Shown piece after piece: positions 13,224 through 25,281 of a DNA stretch of 60,297 bases. A model generated the notes under the pieces. It saw only the letters and a list, made by a program, of their open reading frames with translations, had not been told where the DNA came from and did no database searches. The stretch's first letter is position 1; each line of letters starts with the position of its first letter. A program made the translations under genes and the position numbers. Source of the DNA: Octopus bimaculoides (Eukaryota); contig NC_068996.1 of assembly GCF_001194135.2 (NCBI RefSeq), positions 9,985,502-10,045,798 on the forward strand. Reading direction: 5' to 3'.

Positions 13224-13418
13224 TCACGAGTCTAGCAACAGTGGTTCAGCTGGGAGACAACCGCTGAAGTAGTCGTCCAAGAAACTTGCAGCTACATCGG
13301 AGGTGATCGTCGTTTCAGAACATACAAACAGTTTCTCTTCCGGACAGTCTGTGATCACTAAAAGGGGGTTTCGATCTTCAAGTGCAGCATAGTCACGGAA
13401 GAAATCACATATTTCATC
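13224..13418 (-). CDS. NXN: Nucleoredoxin exon 7 (last coding exon, C-terminal b'-like domain)
   Basis: ttgcag|GAT = DEICDFFRDYAALEDRNPLLVITDCPEEKLFVCSETTITSDVAASFLDDYFSGCLPAEPLLLDS*, TGA at 13226-13224. Matches NXN DDMTDSLRDY...PLLTILD...FVNDF...L.PEP. Confidence 0.93.
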   Translation of the reverse strand, partial: DEICDFFRDYAALEDRNPLLVITDCPEEKLFVCSETTITSDVAASFLDDYFSGCLPAEPLLLDS

Positions 13419-13609
13419 CTGCAATCAAAAATGAATACAAAATCAATATCCATGCCCCTCCACACAAAATCTATCTTGGACAAATCTCTCCAACAACACA
13501 TCTTCCTAACCCCCACCCAGCCTCCATCTCTCTTGTGAACTTCCTGTCCACACATACTATCCAGTTCTCTACCAACTCACTTATATTCACCCCCTGTACA
13601 TTAATAGTA

Positions 13610-13890
13610 GTGAAGGTGCACAGCGCAGTGGTTACAACATCAGGCTTACAATCATAAGGCCGTGAGTTTGATTCCTGAGCCAGGCTTTGTGTTATGCTCT
13701 TGAGCAAGACACTTTATTTCATTTTGCTCCATTGACTAAGCGGCATCACTGATGCCAAGCTGTATCAGCCTTTGCCTTTCCCTTGGGTAACATCAGTGGC
13801 ATAGAGAAGGGAGACTTGTATGTGTAGGTAACTTCTCGTCATCCACAAAAAACCAGGATCAGACTTGTGCCTCGAAGGAGGTCTTTACCC
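13610..13890 (+). mobile_element. SINE family E (tRNA head plus Deu/Meta-like central domain)
   Basis: CAGTGGTTA...GAGTTTGATTCC followed by TTGAGCAAGACACTTTATTTC; related minus-strand copies near 5395-5492, 20955-21290 and 49290-49510. The domain assignment is from memory. Confidence 0.65.
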
Positions 13891-14983
13891 TTTTTACCTT
13901 GATGGTACACCCCAACACATCTCCTCCATTATCTTTTCTCTCCCCTCACCTCTTTTCCAACTAGTAAAGCCATTCATCTCCTCTACAGCAAGACACTTTT
14001 TCTTATCCTTCAATTCCTCTCATTATCTGGCAAAGAGCTGCTTCCCTCAATACAACTCACCCACTCATATGAGGTCTTTGTCTTGCAAATTACTCGATTA
14101 CCTCACTGCTGCTGGTGCCACATGAAAAGCACCTAGTAGTAAACCCTGTAAAGTGGTTGGCATTAAAAAGAAACTATGCCAAAGCAGACAGCAGAACTTG
14201 GTACAGTTGTCTGGCTTGTAAGCTCCTATCAAACCATCCAACTTATGCCATCATGGAAAATGGATGTTAGATGATGATAATGATGTAGCATCATCTTGTG
14301 ATAGCATTAGTTCACATAAATATTTCTACATATTTTTTACCAATGTGTGCTATGGCAATGGATTAAAAAAAACAAAACAACCTAAATTCAAATATCTTTT
14401 TTAAATGTCTCCTCTACAGCAGTTATAATTTGTACTAGCCTCACTGACACAAGTCTTAATTTACGGTTGAGTGGCTACAATTAATAGAGAGAGCAGTCAG
14501 CTATAAGCATATGCATGAATTGTTAATATAATTTAGTGATTTACTGAACAAGCAAACAAACCAGGCTTTCGTAGGGAAAAACTGGGAATGAAGACATTAA
14601 AAATACATAATATACAAATTACAGGTGTATGAGGCTGTCAATGACTCATAACAGGTAATGAGTTCAAACATGATTGTTACAGCAATTTATGGGTGCAGGC
14701 ATGATCAAGAAATTTTCTTTGTAACTATTAGGCTTCAGGATCTATCTCACTGTACAGCAGCTTGGGTGTCTGGCACCGTAGCATTGGATCAACCAGCATT
14801 CCTGATCTTAAGTAGTACACTTAATCCATCACTTAATTTGCTGCTGCCACCTGGCTCTAGGGTAGCATTAACTCAAAGTCCTATATCACAACATGGAATT
14901 TATGTAGGTATACATCAATTCTGAGTGACAGTGGGGTAATCACATAGTTGATTCTTATATCAATGGTTTTGTTAATGAATGGT

Positions 14984-15367
14984 TGTTGGCACTCCGTCGC
15001 TTATGACGTCGAGGGTTCCAGTTGATCCGATCAACGGAACAGCCTACTCGTGAAATTAACGTGCAAGTGGCTGAGCACTCCACAGACACGTGTACCCTTA
15101 ACGCAGTTCTCGGGGATATTCAGCCCGACACAGTGTGACAAGGCTGACCCTTTGAATTACAGGCACAACAGAAACAGGAAGTAAGAGTGAGAGAAAGTTG
15201 TGGTGAAAGAGTACAGCAGGGTTCGCCACCATCTCCTGCCGGAGCCTCGTCGAACTTTAGGTGTTTTCGCTCAATAAACACTCACAACGCCCGGTCTGGG
15301 AATCAAAACCGTGATCCTATGACCACAAGTCAGCTGCCCTAACCACTGGGCCATTGCGCCTCGACAC
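14984..15367 (-). mobile_element. SINE family D (tRNA-derived), 11-bp TSD
   Basis: TSD TAATGAATGGT at 14973-14983 and 15368-15378; reverse complement of 23653-24042. Confidence 0.9.
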
Positions 15368-15694
15368 TAATGAATGGTAAGGAATGAAACTAAAACATAT
15401 ATCTAAATGTAGAGTCTCAACTTCTAGTGTGTTTATGAGAGTAGTGTAATTATTGTCCAGCAGGGTTCGCCACCATCCCCTGCCGGAGCCTCGTCGAGCT
15501 TTAGGTGTTTTCGCTCAATAAACACTCACAACGCCCGGTCTGGGAATCGAAACCACGATCCTATGACTGCGAGTCCGTTGCCCTAACCACTGGGCCTCGA
15601 CACTAATGAATGGTAAGGAATGAAACTAAAACATATATCTAAATGTAGAGTCTCAACTTCTAGTGTGTTTATGAGAGTAGTGTAATTATTGTCC
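15214..15694 (+). repeat. Tandem duplication (244 + 236 bp) of a SINE head plus unique flank
   Basis: Units 15214-15457 and 15458-15693; the about 97-bp flank is identical in both. Confidence 0.9.
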
Positions 15695-16189
15695 ATCCAC
15701 CCACTGTTCCTGGAAGGGCCATAAAGGTAGCATCCTCAGGCACCTTCTCTATAGGGTCCTATCAGAAGCAACCATCATTACACTTTACCAAGTACAACTA
15801 ACTGAGAATACGGATATTATCAAACTATCTCATTCTTGGTCTACCTTTATGTCTCTTGCTGGTTGGCTCACCATGGAAAATCAGTCTTGTGATTTTTTTC
15901 CTGTGACATTCTAATAAGAGTGAATAATGGTAACTGTTAGTGTATGGGCATTACAAAAATCTTTGATTGCAGATGAATGCATATCTTGGAATGCTTTTCT
16001 AATGAACGTCATACAATTTCCAAGTTACAGAGACAAACGAAAGCACAAATTCATTTCTGAGATTGGAAATTAATGTCTAAGAGTCAATATCTTGTAAATA
16101 CGTGAAAACACGTAATCAACTTACTTATATTCAATCTATTTTTGGGCATGTGAAAGTAACATGAAAATGAGTAAAAACCACATTCACAA

Positions 16190-16600
16190 TATACTTTTAT
16201 TCTTTTATTTGTTTCAGTCATTTGGCAGCGGCCATGCTGGAGCACCGCCTTTAGTCGAGCAAATCGACCCCCAGGACATATTCTTTGTAAGCCTAGTACT
16301 TATTCTATCGGTCTCTCTTGCCGAACCGCTAAATTACGGGGACCTAAACACACCAGCATCGGTTGTCAAGCGATGTTGGAGGAACAAACACAGACACACA
16401 AACATATACATATATGTGTGTATATATATATATATATATACGATGGGCTTCTTTCAGTTTCCGTCTACCAAATCCACTCATAAGGCTTTGGTCGGCCAGA
16501 GGCTATAGTAGAAGACACTTGCCCAAGGTGCCACGCAGTGGGACTGAACCCGGAACCATATGGTTGGTAAGCAAGCTACTTACCACACAGCCACTCCTGC
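16190..16600 (-). mobile_element. SINE family A
   Basis: Similarity to 4240-4725. Confidence 0.9.
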
Positions 16601-17559
16601 ATATCAACAATCATTTCATCATATCAAATTTCATCTAAATTTATACAATAATCAAATTTTCATGATTTTCATTCAAGTGTAGCAGCTACGTGGTAACAAG
16701 CTTGCTTCCTTCCCTATAACATGCTTTCATGTTTAGTTCCACTGTATGGCACCCAGGGGCACACAATGGCCCTAGGTGTATTCTGTTATAGCCTTGGGTC
16801 AATCAAAGCATTGTGAGTAGATTTGGTAGACAGAAACTGGAAGAAGCCCATACAGAATGTGAGTGTATGTATTACTTTACAGCCTCCCTGCCTCGACATT
16901 GCATGGCAGATGTAAACAAGAGTCACTGTCATGCAAGCGGTATCCTTCATTTCTTCCATGAAAACAGGTGAGGGTTGGCAACAGGGAGGGCATCCATCTG
17001 TGGAAAATCTGCCTCAACAAATTTTGTCTAATCCATGCAAACATGGAAAAGTGAACGTGAAAACCATAATGCAGTTCATCAAAATCTCCATTTTTTTTTA
17101 ACAGGAGACATATATAAAGTACTTCAGGAACTTAAGAATTAATGGAATTCTTCATTCCGTCAAAAGTATTCAAGCCTGGTCTCTGGTTTGAGATGAGAGA
17201 CCAGAAAAGAGTCAGAGGTGCTGCCCTTTTTTCCTGAATAAGCAATTTAAAAAAAAATGTTTTATGTATCATTGGACAAGGTACATAACTCTGCTTACTT
17301 TAATTTACAGACCAACAGATTCCACTCTCAACCTCACAGTAGGAAAGATAATTTTAAACAAAAATCATCCTAAATGGATATGAAAGGCAAAATAGAAATA
17401 TAGTATCATCGTTTTTGTATCTATTTTTGTCTGCTGGCATGAATTGGATAAAACTTATTCAACCAGTAGTATATGGGTGGATACTGTTTTTGATACCAAA
17501 CCCTTTACTGTGTGTATAATAAAGCCAAATGTGTGTGTGCATTTGTATATCATATATAT

Positions 17560-18012
17560 ACTCTTTTACTTGTTTCAGTCATTTGACTGTGGCCATACTG
17601 GAGCACCACCTTTAGTCGAGCATATCGACCCCGGGACTTATTCTTTGTAAGCCTAGTACTTATTCTATCGGGCTCTTTTGCTGAACCGCTAAGTTACGGG
17701 GATGTAAACACATCAGCATTGNNNNNNNNNNNNNNNNNNNNNNNNNNNNNNNNNNNNNNNNNNNNNNNNNNNNNNNNNNNNNNNNNNNNNNNNNNNNNNN
17801 NNNNNNNNNNNNNNNNNGGGGGGGGGGGACAAACACAGACACACAAATACATATATATACGACGGGCTTCTTTCAGTTTCCGTCTACCAAATCCACTCAC
17901 AAGGCTTTGGTCGGCCTGAGGCTATAGTAGAAGACACTTGCCCAAAGTGATACGCAGTGGGACTGAACCCGGAACCATGTGGTTGGTAAGCAAGCTACTT
18001 ACCACACAGCCA
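17560..18012 (-). mobile_element. SINE family A (contains an assembly gap), about 30 nt from the exon 6 donor
   Basis: Similarity to 4240-4725. Confidence 0.88.
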
Positions 18013-18044
18013 CATATATATAAATAAAATCCTTTGATATTTAC

Positions 18045-18151
18045 CTCACCCCCATAAAAAAATAACAGCCGCTGATCCTCTCTCTGGTGTTCTTTTTCTG
18101 CTAAATCTTGAAGAATGTTACGGGCTGATTCCATCTCTTTTTTGTTGCCAT
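18045..18151 (-). CDS. NXN: Nucleoredoxin exon 6
   Basis: ttttgcag|AT GGC... = (D)GNKKEMESARNILQDLAEKEHQREDQRLLFFYGGE, donor GAG|GTAAAT; 107 nt, phase 1/0. Matches NXN ...LLFFVAGE. Confidence 0.9.
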
Positions 18152-18969
18152 CTGCAAAAATGGAAGAAAACAGCATTTAAGTTGTAGTTAGACTGGCTAA
18201 TAAATGAAAAAAAAACCCAACTGTTTTTGTAAAAGCAACAGAATCATAATTCCTATCCATTTCTCTGTTTTCCTCACCATCAGTCTTCACAAACCTACCT
18301 GTATTGCATCTCTAACTTTTAATAAATTACAGAATTGTGTTCTCTTTTATTCTAGCTTCATTGTTTTAACATCCACTTTTCCATGCTTATATGGAGTAAA
18401 ACGGAATTTGTTGAAGCGGATTTTCTACAAACGGATGCCCTCCCTGTTGCCAACTTTCACTCGTATCCAAGCAAGTAATATTCCCTCTTGATCAGATATA
18501 TTTTCTCAGCATACTTGAAACGAAGGTCACCGCTTGCATGGCAGTGACACTTGCTTTACAACTCTCACATGGCAAAGCAGGGAGACAGCAATACATATAT
18601 ACAACAAGTTTCTTTCAGTTTTCATCAACCAAATCACTAAGAAGGCTTTGGTGAGCACAGGGTTATAGCAGGGTTGACCAAGGTGTCACGCAGTGGGACT
18701 AAAGCCAGAACCATGTGGCTGGGGGGCCTACTTCCCTTGCCTGCACTTTCCAGTTTTAAAATATCATCATCTTCCTTTTTCGCTTCCTGGTCTTTCCACT
18801 TGTCAGTTTTCTCATCTCTTGAAACACAGAACATCAGAACAAAAAGTCAGGCTTTGTTGTTGTAAATGCTATTCATTTACGACAAAGTTTTTACAGCTGG
18901 TGGTCATTCTTATTGCTAACCACTCTCAAGTACATACCAGGAGTATTTTAGTGTAACCAAAATAGAATA

Positions 18970-19296
18970 CCGTAAGTCCTAGAGTATAGTCTGCCCTTGA
19001 GTATAATACGCACTCCTTCTCTAACTTGAGTCAAGGAGGTCTATATAACCTCCTTGGTTTGTAAACGTATATACGGTAATGTCCTTTATTATTATTGTAT
19101 ATATAACATAATGCAAATGTGTAGCTTTTTTGTGCACTTTGCTTGCAGAAAATAAAGGAATAACAGTAATAACGTCAGTGAAAAATAAATATTAAGTAAA
19201 TTGCCTTTACATATTTATCACTTAGAAAATATTTTTCATTTTTAACCTCGTAGAAATTTTGGGAAAAAACTGTGGATTATACTCGAGGATTTACGG
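18970..19296. mobile_element. Tc1/mariner-type MITE
   Basis: TA on both sides; about 22-bp TIR CCGTAAGTCCTAGAGTATAGTC / GATTATACTCGAGGATTTACGG with 3 mismatches. Confidence 0.75.
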
Positions 19297-20159
19297 TATT
19301 ACTAGTGGGACCCGTAGAAATTCCACAGAATGAAAAAGATTAAAAGAAGCTATTTAAGAAAAGATGATTTGTATTTTTATTTTGCTAAGTTATTTTACTT
19401 CCAGTCACAATAATATATAATTTTAAAATTTCCCTCTGATAAGCATTTTATATTTCTCTCTCTCTCTACTTCTTCAACAAACTTTTTAACAATGTAATTT
19501 CCCTCTTTCTCTGCACCTTTCACTTCCACTAACCACATGAGTGACAGCATAATGCACCAACTGGCTATCTGCTCTCTCATTCACTCCATCTCCTCCTCTC
19601 TAACAAACTTAAGTGTAAGGTGTGACCAAACAGATAGAAGAATAATATTAAAGATTTAGTTCAATAAAAAAAAAATTCTTTTCACTATAGTTTTCAGTAA
19701 TAAAGCTCATTTTATATCCTTGTTGTAGATGTATCTCTACTCTGACAATACAAATGCTATCTGTCCCCCTCTCAATGTAACTGCCTCCCCTATCCATATC
19801 TCTCTTAATGTAACTGCCTCCCCTGCTCATCTCTCTTTATCTGCCTTTCTTTCACCTCACCACTAGAATATCACCCTCTGCTAAATACTGTATCCTAAAC
19901 ATAACGCTTTCTCTTTTACCTTTTCCTCCCCACCCAACAGTACGTTGTTAACTCTTTTCTCTCACTCTTCACATCTCCCTTTAACTAACCATGTAACACA
20001 TTTGGCCTTATACATCTTTCTCTACTTCTTCCGCACTTCTTTCTTCTCTACTCACCCTACCATCTCCCTTACTAACTAAAGTATAATGGGTGAACAAACA
20101 AGTAGATTATTACATAGATGATGAAATAATTGATGTGATTAGTATACCATAAGCATAAT

Positions 20160-20530
20160 TTCATGGTTGTGTGGTAAGTAGGCTTCCCCAACTGCATGGT
20201 TCTGGGTTCAGTCGCATTGTGTGACACCTTGTTCAAGCTTCTTCTGTTATAGTCTGAGGCCAACCAATGTATTGAGTAGACTTTGTAGAAGGAAACTGAA
20301 AGAAGCCTAGTGTGTGTGTCTGTTGTATTTGTTTGTTCCCTCACTCCCATCATGTGATGACTGGTCTTGGTTTGTTTATGTCCCTATAACTTAGCAGATT
20401 GGCAGAAAAGGTTGATAGAATAATTGCCAGACTTAAAAATAAGTGCTGGGGTTGAAATTTTTTCAGCTAAACCATTTAAGGTGGTGCCACAGTATGGCCA
20501 CAATACAACGACTGAAACAGGTAAAAGATA
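20160..20530 (+). mobile_element. SINE family A, older copy
   Basis: Head GGTTGTGTGGTAAG...GGGTTCAGTC, tail ACTGAAACAGGTAAAAGAT. Confidence 0.8.
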
Positions 20531-20659
20531 AAACGATAATCTTTATGGTGTGTGACACACATACACACACATGGAAAATTGCTTTTAATCTTATAGTTTC
20601 AACAGAATAGCATGAAGTCCTCAACACCACCCTCAACTAGAACACCAATCACTGCTTAC

Positions 20660-20750
20660 CAGTTAATAAAATTAGGCATGGACCTTCATTCAGCGAAGCA
20701 GCTGTTGTGTCAGTCAGTTCATTTAGTGCTTTCACATACCAAGGAAAATC
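20660..20750 (-). CDS. NXN: Nucleoredoxin exon 5
   Basis: Not in the ORF track; read by hand. tttaaag|GAT TTT CCT TGG = DFPWYVKALNELTDTTAASLNEGPCLILLT(D), donor G|GTAAGC; 91 nt, phase 0/1. Matches the NXN motif EFPW...LNEGPCLVLF. Confidence 0.93.
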
Positions 20751-20954
20751 CTTTAAAAAGAAAAGTACATTATTAAAAAAAATAATAAAAACAGCCCCAC
20801 CCCTTAATTAATAAACACAAATGCAAAATTAGTGGTATAAAAAGAAGGTAAGATTAAACAAAATATAGGAGAGATATAAAAGTTCTGAGTTAGAACTATA
20901 AAATCACTAGACTTGGATGTTGTTATACACTGCTGATCACAATGAGTTTCCTTG

Positions 20955-21290
20955 CATTGTTGTAGCTTTCAAATGATGTTGTCCCATTGGCTAGGGAGGC
21001 TGGCCAACATTCTCTCTGAACAGAATGCCAGTCCATCACAGAGTTAACCATTAGATGAGTGGACTGGAGCAACATGAAATGAAGTGTTTTGCTCTAAATG
21101 ATACCACTCCAGTGGCTCAGAGGGCAAGTGGACCAACATTATGCCAGACCATAACAAGGTTACCCATTTACAGCTGAGTAGACTGGAGCGACATGAAGTG
21201 TTTAGTTCAAGGACACAACATGCCGCTGGCCTGGGAATTGAAACCTCAATTTCACAATTGTGTATACGTGACACCCTAACCACTAGGCCG
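20955..21290 (-). mobile_element. SINE family E with a duplicated central domain
   Basis: Two copies of GCTCCAGTC(C/T)ACTC...AATGG; head GGCCTAGTGGTTAGGGTGTC. Confidence 0.65.
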
Positions 21291-21579
21291 TATACATACT
21301 ATAAAATATGAGATAATGACAAAGAAATGTTGGAATCATATGAAACTAGAGAAAATGGTGGTAGTAGCAGCGGAAAGATTACAATGATGATGACATTTAG
21401 CACCTGACTGAACAGACCCATGATCAAATGTTTCCGCCATGACCCTAGCACTTCTTTATGCAAGAATCCGGAGTACATTATCTAATATTTCCTTTCCTTA
21501 ATCCTTTTACTGTGAAAATTTGAAATAATATATGTATATATATAGAAGAGCTGAACTCTAATTGTTGAGGGAACATGTG

Positions 21580-21935
21580 AAAGTAGTAGACCCAGGAAGA
21601 TGTGGAATGAAATGGTGAGAAAAGATCTTCAGATGTAGGGCCTTACAGAGGGGATAACAGGGGACTGAGACTCCGGGTGGTTTGCTGTGCTTGAGAAGAC
21701 ATGTCAAGCTAAGTGAAATCAGGGTTGTCCTTGAATACAGGCATGTCCCCTGCATCCCTAATCTTGCAGGCTTGTGTGTACCAGTGCCATGTGATACCCA
21801 TCATGCCTGTGCTGCATAAAAGCACCCAGTACACTCAGTAGCCGTAGAAACTATGTCAAAACAGACATGGAGCCCAGCTCATCAAACTGCCCATCCTATG
21901 CCAGCATGAAAAACAGATGTTAAACGATGACAACA
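21580..21935 (+). mobile_element. Decayed RTE LINE 3' end
   Basis: RPRKMWNEMVRKDLQM*GLTEG (RTE C-terminal motif) followed by the CAGCATGAAAAACAGATGTTAAACGATG tail. Confidence 0.7.
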
Positions 21936-22466
21936 AGGATATATATATATGCTTATGAATTTGTGTTACAAGATCCCTGATGTGAAATCATGTGTAAAAA
22001 CAGATATTGTTGTATTTTGGGATAGTCATTTTTTTCTTCTTCCAAATAAACACATGCACTATATATTTGTTCTTCACTCATTTATTATTGTTCTTATTTT
22101 AATTCATGTCCATTGTCCGGAAATCTTTCATCACACATCTGTGACCTCTTCAGTGATGCTTTCCATCCTTGTGTGTGCTCCTGCTCTGCTTAGCAGAGCA
22201 GGAGCACACGCGAGTTAAAATAAGAACAGTAATAAGTGAGTGAAGAACGAATATATAGTGCATGTGTTTATTTGGCAAAAAAATAAATAAATAAATAAAA
22301 TGACCATCCCTAAATTATTATCATTTCTAATGGCTGAAAGTAGTTTTATATACTAACCTACCTTTTGTTTGAAGCTACAAAATAATGCATGTTTAAAAAC
22401 AAAGTGGATGAAAAGGCATTACATTTGGCAGAATAAGATGAATGCTAAAGGGTTAAATTCCTTGAA

Positions 22467-22507
<41 letters not shown>

Positions 22508-22916
22508 NNNNNNNNNNGGGAGGGAGAGAGAGGGAGGGAGAGAGAGGGAGGGAGAGAGAGAGAGAGAGAGAATGAACACCGGGATTTAGCTGGTAGACAT
22601 GCTACTATCTTCTTAAAGCCTATCTATATGTCTATTTATATATAAGCATGCATATGAATGTCTATGTTAGCATTTCTGCATATATCACTGAAGCTTACCA
22701 CAACACTTTAACTTGTCAGTTACTGACACCTAACTACCTAACCCATGCCAGAATGGAAAAAGGGACATTAAATGATGAAGATGATAATGACATATGTATG
22801 TGTGAATAGTGTGTGAAAGTAAGGGAGCAAGAGAGTATATATGAGAATGTAAATGTTTATATTGTTCTATAACTTGATGTATCTCAATTCTTTCCTCTCC
22901 CCTATTTCTTTCTTAC

Positions 22917-23005
22917 CTGTCCTTGCAGGTCAGCGTTTATTGCCATCCGACCATCTTTTGTGATCACTTTACCATTTTCATCAATGATAATCAAAGTAGG
23001 TATAC
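22917..23005 (-). CDS. NXN: Nucleoredoxin exon 4
   Basis: Not in the ORF track; read by hand. ttgcag|GT ATA CCT ACT... = (G)IPTLIIIDENGKVITKDGRMAINADLQGQ, donor CAG|GTAAGA; 89 nt, phase 1/0. Confidence 0.93.
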
Positions 23006-23652
23006 CTGCAATAGATTAATGAATTAATTGTTAAAAACAGACATTATATATTGATGGAAGGATTTTACAATACAGAAAGATTTAAAAAAAATTTTCTTTT
23101 TTTATTTTGAATGGACAATTTTAAATATATTTAGGATGTCCAAATATCCCGCTGTGATAATAATATTACTCATCTCATAGGCCATGTTGTCAATAACTAT
23201 TCTCTTGAGAAATATTTACACCCCAAAATGAAAGGAATGAATGAATGAAGAGGCCCGTCTTCTTCGGAGAAGACGGGCCCCTTTAGTCATGTCAGAGACA
23301 ACTGCTCTAGTCCTGGGGATATGATAAATGCTATCCAACCCATGTTGCAATGAGGAAGGTCATCCAGTTACAAAAATCCATACAAAATTTTGCTATGAGA
23401 ACCAAATTACAAGAATCAGATAGGAATGGCAAGATATAGTGAGATCCACTCAATCAACTTTAGTATGGAAAAACATATGTATGATGATGATGATGATAAT
23501 GAGAGCATTAATAATGCATCATGGGGAAATTAGGAAAGTAAAATAAATTGATTTCTTTTGTTTCACATTTGATTTTAATATTTAGAAAAGAGAGTTCTAT
23601 GAGCAGGCTAATCTTTGGAATGCAAGTTAGATTGTTATTAGTAGATGTAGAG

Positions 23653-24042
23653 TGGAGGCGCAATGGCCCAGTGGTTAGGGCAGCTGACTTGTGGTCATAG
23701 GATCGCGGTTTCGATTCCCAGACTGGGCATTGTGAGTGTTTATTGAGTGAAAACACCTAAAAGCTCCACGAGGCCCCGGCAGGGGATGGTGGTGAACCCT
23801 GCTGTACTCTTTCACCACAACTTTCTCTTACTCTTACTTCCTATTTCTGTTGTGCCTGTAATTGAAAGGGTCAGCCTTGTCACACTCTGTGTCACGCTGA
23901 ATATCCCCCGAGAACTACGTTAAGGGTACGCGTGTCTGTGGAGTGCTCAGCCACTTGCACGTTAATTTCACAAGCAGGCTGTTCCGTTGATCGGATCAAC
24001 TGGAACCCTCGGCGTTGCAAGCGACGGAGTGCCAACAAACAA
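23653..24042 (+). mobile_element. SINE family D (tRNA-derived), 14-bp TSD
   Basis: A box TGGCCCAGTGG, B-box-like GGTTTCGATTCC; TSD TAGTAGATGTAGAG at 23639-23652 and 24043-24056. Confidence 0.92.
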
Positions 24043-24423
24043 TAGTAGATGTAGAGAGGGAATGCAATCACTACACACATGCACAATCAATAGACATCCA
24101 GTAGCGACATATTCTGTTGGGGGACTCTGGGACATTTTAGTAGCAAAAAACCTCACAAGTAGCAAGTGATAGTATTTTGGAGTAAGAGAAGATATTGTGG
24201 CACTAAACAAATTCAGATAGTGATGTAAAGTAACTTGTGGTAACAATGACAAAAATTGATGTATCAAACAGCATACAATGACATACAAATCATTATAGGC
24301 AGATGAGCAAATAGAAAAAGAGATGTCCACTTCAATAAGCAAAATACTGCTTAAAAATATGATATAGGATTATTGGAGTGAATATATGTGTAAGTTGTCT
24401 ATATATATACTCAATCAACTCAC

Positions 24424-24628
24424 CGTAGACATCATAGGCAGATTTGAGGCAATGGGTTCGGGTATCATTGTAAGGTATTGCCAACCATGGCATTGTTCGG
24501 AAGTACTGCTCGAAGGAAACATTACTGCGGTCAGACGAGACAAAGACTACTTCAAAGTTCCGCCCTTCGGATTTTAGTTTATCATACATGGCTGACAACA
24601 CGGGTGTGAAATGCTTGCAAGGAGGACA
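24424..24628 (-). CDS. NXN: Nucleoredoxin exon 3 (catalytic CPPC)
   Basis: Acceptor cttacag|TGT and donor G|GTGAGT; 205 nt, phase 0/1. CPPCKHFTPVL...FEVVFVSSDRS...MPWLAIPY; with the W of exon 2 it forms WCPPC. Confidence 0.97.
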
Positions 24629-24887
24629 CTGTAAGCAGCAAAAGGCATTCATTTAAGAGAGAACGAGGGTTAACATTAGATTCAGTTATCAACAAATGTG
24701 CTAAAACTTGGATTCAAACATGAGTCAGTGATTAGATTTGAACAGCTATTTTAATAATTGAATTAAGCTTAGATTCAACTTTAATGTGGAAAGAAACCTA
24801 AGGAGTAAGATGAGCTGTTCAACATGAATAAGATGAAACCATCGAAAGTATTGTGGAGGTTTACATTTAATATTAAAATATATTTAA

Positions 24888-25089
24888 CCCTTTTGATACC
24901 AACCTGCCTCTGATTCTGCAATACAAACTTTCTGGTTTAAATTAAAGCCTTCCATCAAAATTTTATGTTAATTTATGCTCCAAATGGGCAGCTTGATAAT
25001 AACAAAGCTATTTTAGTAAATTCTTCATTATTTTCAAATTCATGAAAAGAAAGGATGTGTATTTCTATAGAAATACGGTAACAAAAGGG
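24888..25089. mobile_element. TTAA-flanked MITE (piggyBac-type), family M1
   Basis: TTAA on both sides; TIR CCCTTTTGATACC vs GGTAACAAAAGGG (1 mismatch); 202 bp. Confidence 0.85.
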
Positions 25090-25093
25090 TTAA

Positions 25094-25247
25094 AGTGATT
25101 AAAATATAAATCTTCCATTCAGATTTCATGTTAATTTATGTTCCAAATTCTAGCTTAATAATGACTAAATTATTTTAGTAAATGCTTCCTTATTTTCAAA
25201 TTATCTGGAAAGCAGTGTATTTCAGCAGAAATATGGTAGCAAAAGGG
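25094..25247. mobile_element. Second, partial M1 MITE in tandem
   Basis: Repeats the internal M1 sequence and ends GGTAGCAAAAGGG|TTAA about 30 nt from the exon 2 donor. Confidence 0.7.
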
Positions 25248-25281
25248 TTAAAGGAGTCTTAGATTTAGAAGTTTTACTTAC

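Noticed and set aside
19299-19330. ACTAGTGGGACCCGTAGAAATTCCACAG resembling a Helitron-like end
   Set aside because: Single short motif with no partner end identified.
19770-19840. About 38-bp tandem duplication
   Set aside because: Ordinary slippage-type duplication in decayed intronic sequence.
23653-23725. tRNA-like sequence (also the heads of families A, B and E)
   Set aside because: It continues into a SINE body with a TSD and has no complete cloverleaf, so it is not a tRNA gene.
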